Positions 6,983 through 10,299 of a stretch of DNA of 10,299 nucleotides are shown here, piece after piece. The first letter of the stretch is position 1; each line of letters opens with the position of its first letter. The DNA is from Candidatus Thorarchaeota archaeon (GTDB taxonomy: Archaea > Asgardarchaeota > Thorarchaeia > Thorarchaeales > Thorarchaeaceae), in the NCBI GenBank assembly GCA_003345595.1, contig PRDI01000094.1, positions 1 through 10,299 on the forward strand, in the 5' to 3' direction. A program made the position numbers and the translations under genes. The notes beneath the pieces were generated by a model. It was not told the origin of the DNA. It worked only from the letters and a program-made list of their open reading frames with translations, and made no database searches.

Positions 6983-8242
6983 ATGAGATACTCCTTCCGT
7001 TATGGAGCAGGTCGTATTGATATCGACGCAGATGCTTTCAATAGTGTGTTTGAGATATTGCCGAGGTCTGCGGCTGACCAATCTGACGTCTGGGGTACTA
7101 TCCTGAATGCGCTTGAGCATCCTATTGGGACGGATCCTCTTGCCAATTCCGTTTCTGACTCTTCGACAATCACGGTCGTCGTTGACAGGCCCACAGCAGC
7201 ATTCCCTGCGCGTGATGTCCTCGCCCCCGTCCTCTCAAGCCTGCAAGCACAAGCTCTAGATCCGGGCAATATCACAGTGCTGCTCACATCTCAGTATGAT
7301 TTGACCTGCACAAAGGATGAAGTCAACAGGCTTCTGGACGATCCGGTTTCGCAAGGATATCACTTATTGTTGCATGACCCGGCTGATGCGAGTAGGCTGC
7401 GGGAGGTTGGCAAGACACCGACGTCTCGAACGCCGCTGGAAGTGAACAAGAGCTTTCTAGACGCCGACTTCAAGATGGCCCTGAGCAGCATTAGGCCTGA
7501 TCCATTCGCTAGTGCAACTGGTGGCGGGATGTCAATACTGCCTGGATTATGCAGTCTAAGAGGTATGGTTCATCATATGCGAATGCGGGCTATGACCAAG
7601 AACCCTCCTCTCGCGGTGGACAGCCCTGCAAGTGTCGACATGAGCGAAGCGGCGCTTCTTGCCGGTCTCGACTTCGTCTTGAACACTGTCCCGGACTGGA
7701 GGGGTTCCCTTGCCGATGTTGTTGGTGGTAATCCAAAAGCGGCTTGGTCACGAGGTGTTGAGTCTTCAATGGCCTTGTCCTCCGCCACCATTCCAGGCAA
7801 GTTCGATCTGGTTGTCGTGAGTGCAGGTGGGTTTCCGTCCGACCTGACGCTGTATGGTGCTATTGACAGTCTCTATGCGGCACGAATAGCTTGTAGAAGA
7901 AACGGGGCAATACTTCTGGTTGCTGAGTGTAGTCAAGGTCTTGGTCCCAGCGGTTTTGCAGATTGTGTCACCAGCGCAAAATCCGAGAAAGAGGTGGCAT
8001 CTCTGATAGAGGACAGTTTCAGAACCGGCATGGAGAAAGCAAGACTCTTCTGGAGCGTCAATGAGTCAACGAATCTCATCCTGTGGTCGGAACTGCCGAA
8101 TTCTCTCGTGGCCAACAAGCTTCATTGCACTGGTGTGCAGGACTCTCAAGAGGCCACTGATGCGGCGCGAGCCATCCTGGGGACCGGTCCAAAGGCGGCA
8201 CTCGTTCCAGACGGCCGGGCGATAGTCTTGTCAGACGTCTAG
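6983..8242 (+). CDS. LarA (nickel-pincer lactate racemase, DUF2088) homologue with degenerate catalytic residues
   Basis: LarA scaffold motifs FRYG, ALEHPIGT, HDP, VGKT...TPLEVN, GG.xSILPG, LDFVLN, DLVVVSAGGFPSDLTLY and GAILLVAECSQGLG. ATG 6983 preceded by GAGG is preferred over GTG 6938. No gene symbol is given because the catalytic His/Lys positions are substituted. Confidence 0.85.
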   Translation: MRYSFRYGAGRIDIDADAFNSVFEILPRSAADQSDVWGTILNALEHPIGTDPLANSVSDSSTITVVVDRPTAAFPARDVLAPVLSSLQAQALDPGNITVLLTSQYDLTCTKDEVNRLLDDPVSQGYHLLLHDPADASRLREVGKTPTSRTPLEVNKSFLDADFKMALSSIRPDPFASATGGGMSILPGLCSLRGMVHHMRMRAMTKNPPLAVDSPASVDMSEAALLAGLDFVLNTVPDWRGSLADVVGGNPKAAWSRGVESSMALSSATIPGKFDLVVVSAGGFPSDLTLYGAIDSLYAARIACRRNGAILLVAECSQGLGPSGFADCVTSAKSEKEVASLIEDSFRTGMEKARLFWSVNESTNLILWSELPNSLVANKLHCTGVQDSQEATDAARAILGTGPKAALVPDGRAIVLSDV

Positions 8243-8517
8243 TGCTTTGCTGCGGTCTGCTTCTTCTTCGGTGCAGCGGCCTTTGCTGGCTTCTCGTCGA
8301 ACAGTGCGTCTACGGCCGATAGTGCGCCACTCTTTTCCTTCTCGGTGAACTGCTCTAGTTTGCCCGCTTTAGCTATCTTGACGGTCACGAGGGCATCGTC
8401 ATCCCTTGGCTCCATCACCCAAGAGATCTCGAGACCAGGTTTCTCGGACACAAACTGCTTCAACAGCTCAAGCCATGCCTTCTTGACATCGTCAATCTTG
8501 ACGTACAGAAACTCCAT
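8239..8517 (-). CDS. Small hypothetical protein (about 92 aa) with an alpha/beta core and a Lys/Ala-rich C-terminal tail
   Basis: ORF 8239..8589. The natural-looking part begins at ATG 8517 (MEFLYVKIDDVKKAWLELL...). Its TAG overlaps the LarA-like TAG in the tetranucleotide CTAG (8239-8242). Confidence 0.65.
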   Translation of the reverse strand: MEFLYVKIDDVKKAWLELLKQFVSEKPGLEISWVMEPRDDDALVTVKIAKAGKLEQFTEKEKSGALSAVDALFDEKPAKAAAPKKKQTAAKH

Positions 8518-8672
8518 GAGTGGAATGCTGACTTCTACGCAAAGGACCCCTGCGGACTTTATGTAGTAGTTCTCCACGTTCCAGTGCAATTCTGAGGACT
8601 CCTGATGGCCTGTGCCCGGCCGTACGTATGACTGATAAGTCTTGTTCAGTTTGCAAAAGACTACAGAGCCGG

Positions 8673-10299
8673 CTAGTCCTTGTCTCTCTCCTTTTCGTCT
8701 TTCGACAGGAGGTGCTCCACATCCTCTATGAACTTGTCAGCATCGTCAGCCGCAGGCTTCTTTTTTCCACGAGCCCGCTTCGCCTTGGGTTCGGCTTCTG
8801 TTGACAGCAGACGTTCGATGTCTGCGACGAACTGTTCCTCGGGCTTGGGCTTCTCAGCAGCTGCCGCAATCTCGGCCTCGGGTTGTTTTGGTTGCTCAAC
8901 AGAAGCAGGCTCCTCACTCGGAGTGATGCCTTCCACATATCGACTCAAGTCCGCCTCTGGATGAGGCGCCTCACGAATCTCTTCTTCGACTCTTTCCGGA
9001 GCATGCCCTTCGATGACAGACTCGTCCTCTGTGGTTGCCGGCTCGTACTCTTCTTCTGTGAAGGCCTCGATTTCTGGAGCTTTCTCTCCGGAGATGACCG
9101 ACTCTTCCCACTGCAGTGGCTCAGGCGTTGGCTTCTCGCCTTCTCTACCCTTCTCAGAAACCGATTCCTTGATTTCCTCGCTTGGGGCCGCTTCGTGACC
9201 CATTATGGGCTCAGGGGGGACTTCCTCCGTTTCAGTTTCGTTTCCAGGAAGGGCCATTCCTTGTCTCTGAAGTATGGTCTGGATGTTGATCGGAACAATG
9301 TAGCCCTTCTCCGCCATCATCAGAAGGCGATCCAATGCCTCGGCATCGGTCTTGCCAAACTGCTTGGCGACTTCATCGATAACGTCGCGTATGAAGAACT
9401 CGCCCTTTTCGTTGAGCTTCGTGCTGAGAAGGTTGAGTATCTTCTTTGAAGTACCATCCATTCTCTTCATGGTAGAAATCCTATGAGGTAGGACCCATCT
9501 GTAGTTGAACGCTGCGTTGAGATTGGACACGATCCACTCTGGGTCGAAGCAGTCGGTTTCGCCCTTCCAGTTCTTGAGGTGATCTTCGTACTTGCTCTCG
9601 AACACCTCAATGAAGTATTGCAGCCTCTCTTTGAGTAGCTGAGTCAGTTCGCCCTCTAGGATGAGGATACCGATTACATACTTGCCGCTGTAGCTGTTCA
9701 GTTTCAGTCCGTGGTAGTGGATTTCCTCGAGGGTCCCTTGGACTCCGTCACCCTTTAGCTCTCCGTATACGCTAGTGATTGCAGCGATGAAGCCACTGAT
9801 CAGGTCGGCCTGAATCCTTGCTTCTGCGAACGGATGATAGAAGACGCAGGTTCCACGACCGACATATACTGCGATGAAGTGCTTCAATGAGCCGAGGTCC
9901 TTGAAGGCCTGAAGCTGCTGCTCCATCGATAGTTTCGCTGCTCTTACCTTTGGCTTGTGGCTCTTGTTGTAGGCGGTTGTGGCCACGGCCGCGACTATTA
10001 CGGTGCCTAGCATCATGAGGCCCGGGGTGCTTGTCAGGAACAACAATAACTGAGCGAACAACGTGGGCGTGACTTCGAACCGTCTTGTTGAACTGGTGCT
10101 CCACCTGTTCAATGCTCCGGCATAGTTCGCCTCCACGTCAAGGTAGTCCACGCCAAGGGGAATTGGAAAGGCCCAGCTGGCCTCTCCTTCAGCGTTTGTA
10201 GGATACGAGTCTTCCGATAGCATCCTCGTTCCGTTCTCATACTCGATTGTCACTCTGAAGATGATATACGCTCCCGGAACTGGTGTGTCGGTGTCGTTC
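8673..10299 (-). CDS. Large single-pass membrane protein (5'-truncated by the window): Ig-like ectodomain, TM helix, longin-like domain, winged-helix-like domain, acidic disordered tail
   Basis: The frame stays open past GTG 10253 to the edge (NDTDTPVPGAYIIFRV-TIEYENG...). Beta-rich TNAEGEASWAF...VEANYAG segment; TM GLMMLGTVIVAAVATTAY followed by basic NKSHKPKVRAAK; longin-like HFIAVYVGRGTCVF...ADLISGFIAAITSV...LKERLQYFIEVFESKY; E/P-rich tail. Confidence 0.8.
   Translation of the reverse strand, partial: NDTDTPVPGAYIIFRVTIEYENGTRMLSEDSYPTNAEGEASWAFPIPLGVDYLDVEANYAGALNRWSTSSTRRFEVTPTLFAQLLLFLTSTPGLMMLGTVIVAAVATTAYNKSHKPKVRAAKLSMEQQLQAFKDLGSLKHFIAVYVGRGTCVFYHPFAEARIQADLISGFIAAITSVYGELKGDGVQGTLEEIHYHGLKLNSYSGKYVIGILILEGELTQLLKERLQYFIEVFESKYEDHLKNWKGETDCFDPEWIVSNLNAAFNYRWVLPHRISTMKRMDGTSKKILNLLSTKLNEKGEFFIRDVIDEVAKQFGKTDAEALDRLLMMAEKGYIVPINIQTILQRQGMALPGNETETEEVPPEPIMGHEAAPSEEIKESVSEKGREGEKPTPEPLQWEESVISGEKAPEIEAFTEEEYEPATTEDESVIEGHAPERVEEEIREAPHPEADLSRYVEGITPSEEPASVEQPKQPEAEIAAAAEKPKPEEQFVADIERLLSTEAEPKAKRARGKKKPAADDADKFIEDVEHLLSKDEKERDKD
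8703..8837 (-). repeat. Duplicated 12-aa amphipathic motif (EQFVADIERLLS / DKFIEDVEHLLS) in the C-terminal tail
   Basis: Copies at 8837-8802 and 8738-8703 share F-[VI]-x-D-[IV]-E-x-L-L-S and are separated by a basic linker (PKAKRARGKKKP). Confidence 0.75.

Noticed and set aside
6983-8242. Calling this gene functional larA, or a pseudogene
   Set aside because: The catalytic and cofactor residues are substituted, so larA is unsupported. The frame is full-length with the scaffold intact, so pseudogene is also unsupported.
8680-9449. Plus-strand ORFs 8680..8964, 8883..9449 and 9013..9198
   Set aside because: Ser/Phe/Leu-rich antisense translations of the Glu/Lys-rich tail of the longin protein.
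10251-10253. GTG 10253 as the true start of the large membrane protein
   Set aside because: The frame remains open to the window edge and continues the same beta-rich domain, and no signal peptide follows this codon.
1-10299. CRISPR array, tRNA/rRNA, transposase, integrase or defence genes
   Set aside because: No regularly spaced direct repeats, cloverleaf motifs or mobile-element protein signatures were seen, and the intergenic gaps are all short.

Overview
Gene-dense archaeal-type window. The longin-like domain, GGTGA ribosome-binding sites, TATA-like boxes and the SCP2-type thiolase plus DUF35 pair point to an Asgard archaeon, possibly Thorarchaeia (inference). The left half is a minus-strand run: acyl-CoA dehydrogenase, a Cys-rich 4Fe-4S protein, WrbA, a V4R/Bet3-like hypothetical and a nitroreductase. 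It is divergent from a thiolase-DUF35 operon. The right half has a DedA/VTT membrane protein divergent from a LarA (lactate racemase) homologue that appears to have lost essentially all nickel-pincer catalytic residues. It also has a small hypothetical protein and the 3' part of a large single-pass membrane protein: Ig-like ectodomain, TM helix, cytoplasmic longin-like domain, winged-helix-like domain, and an acidic disordered tail with two repeated [DE]xxxLL helices. This receptor-like longin protein and the LarA pseudo-enzyme are the most interesting items. I saw no tRNA, rRNA, CRISPR array or mobile element. All family calls come from motif recognition by eye, not database searches.
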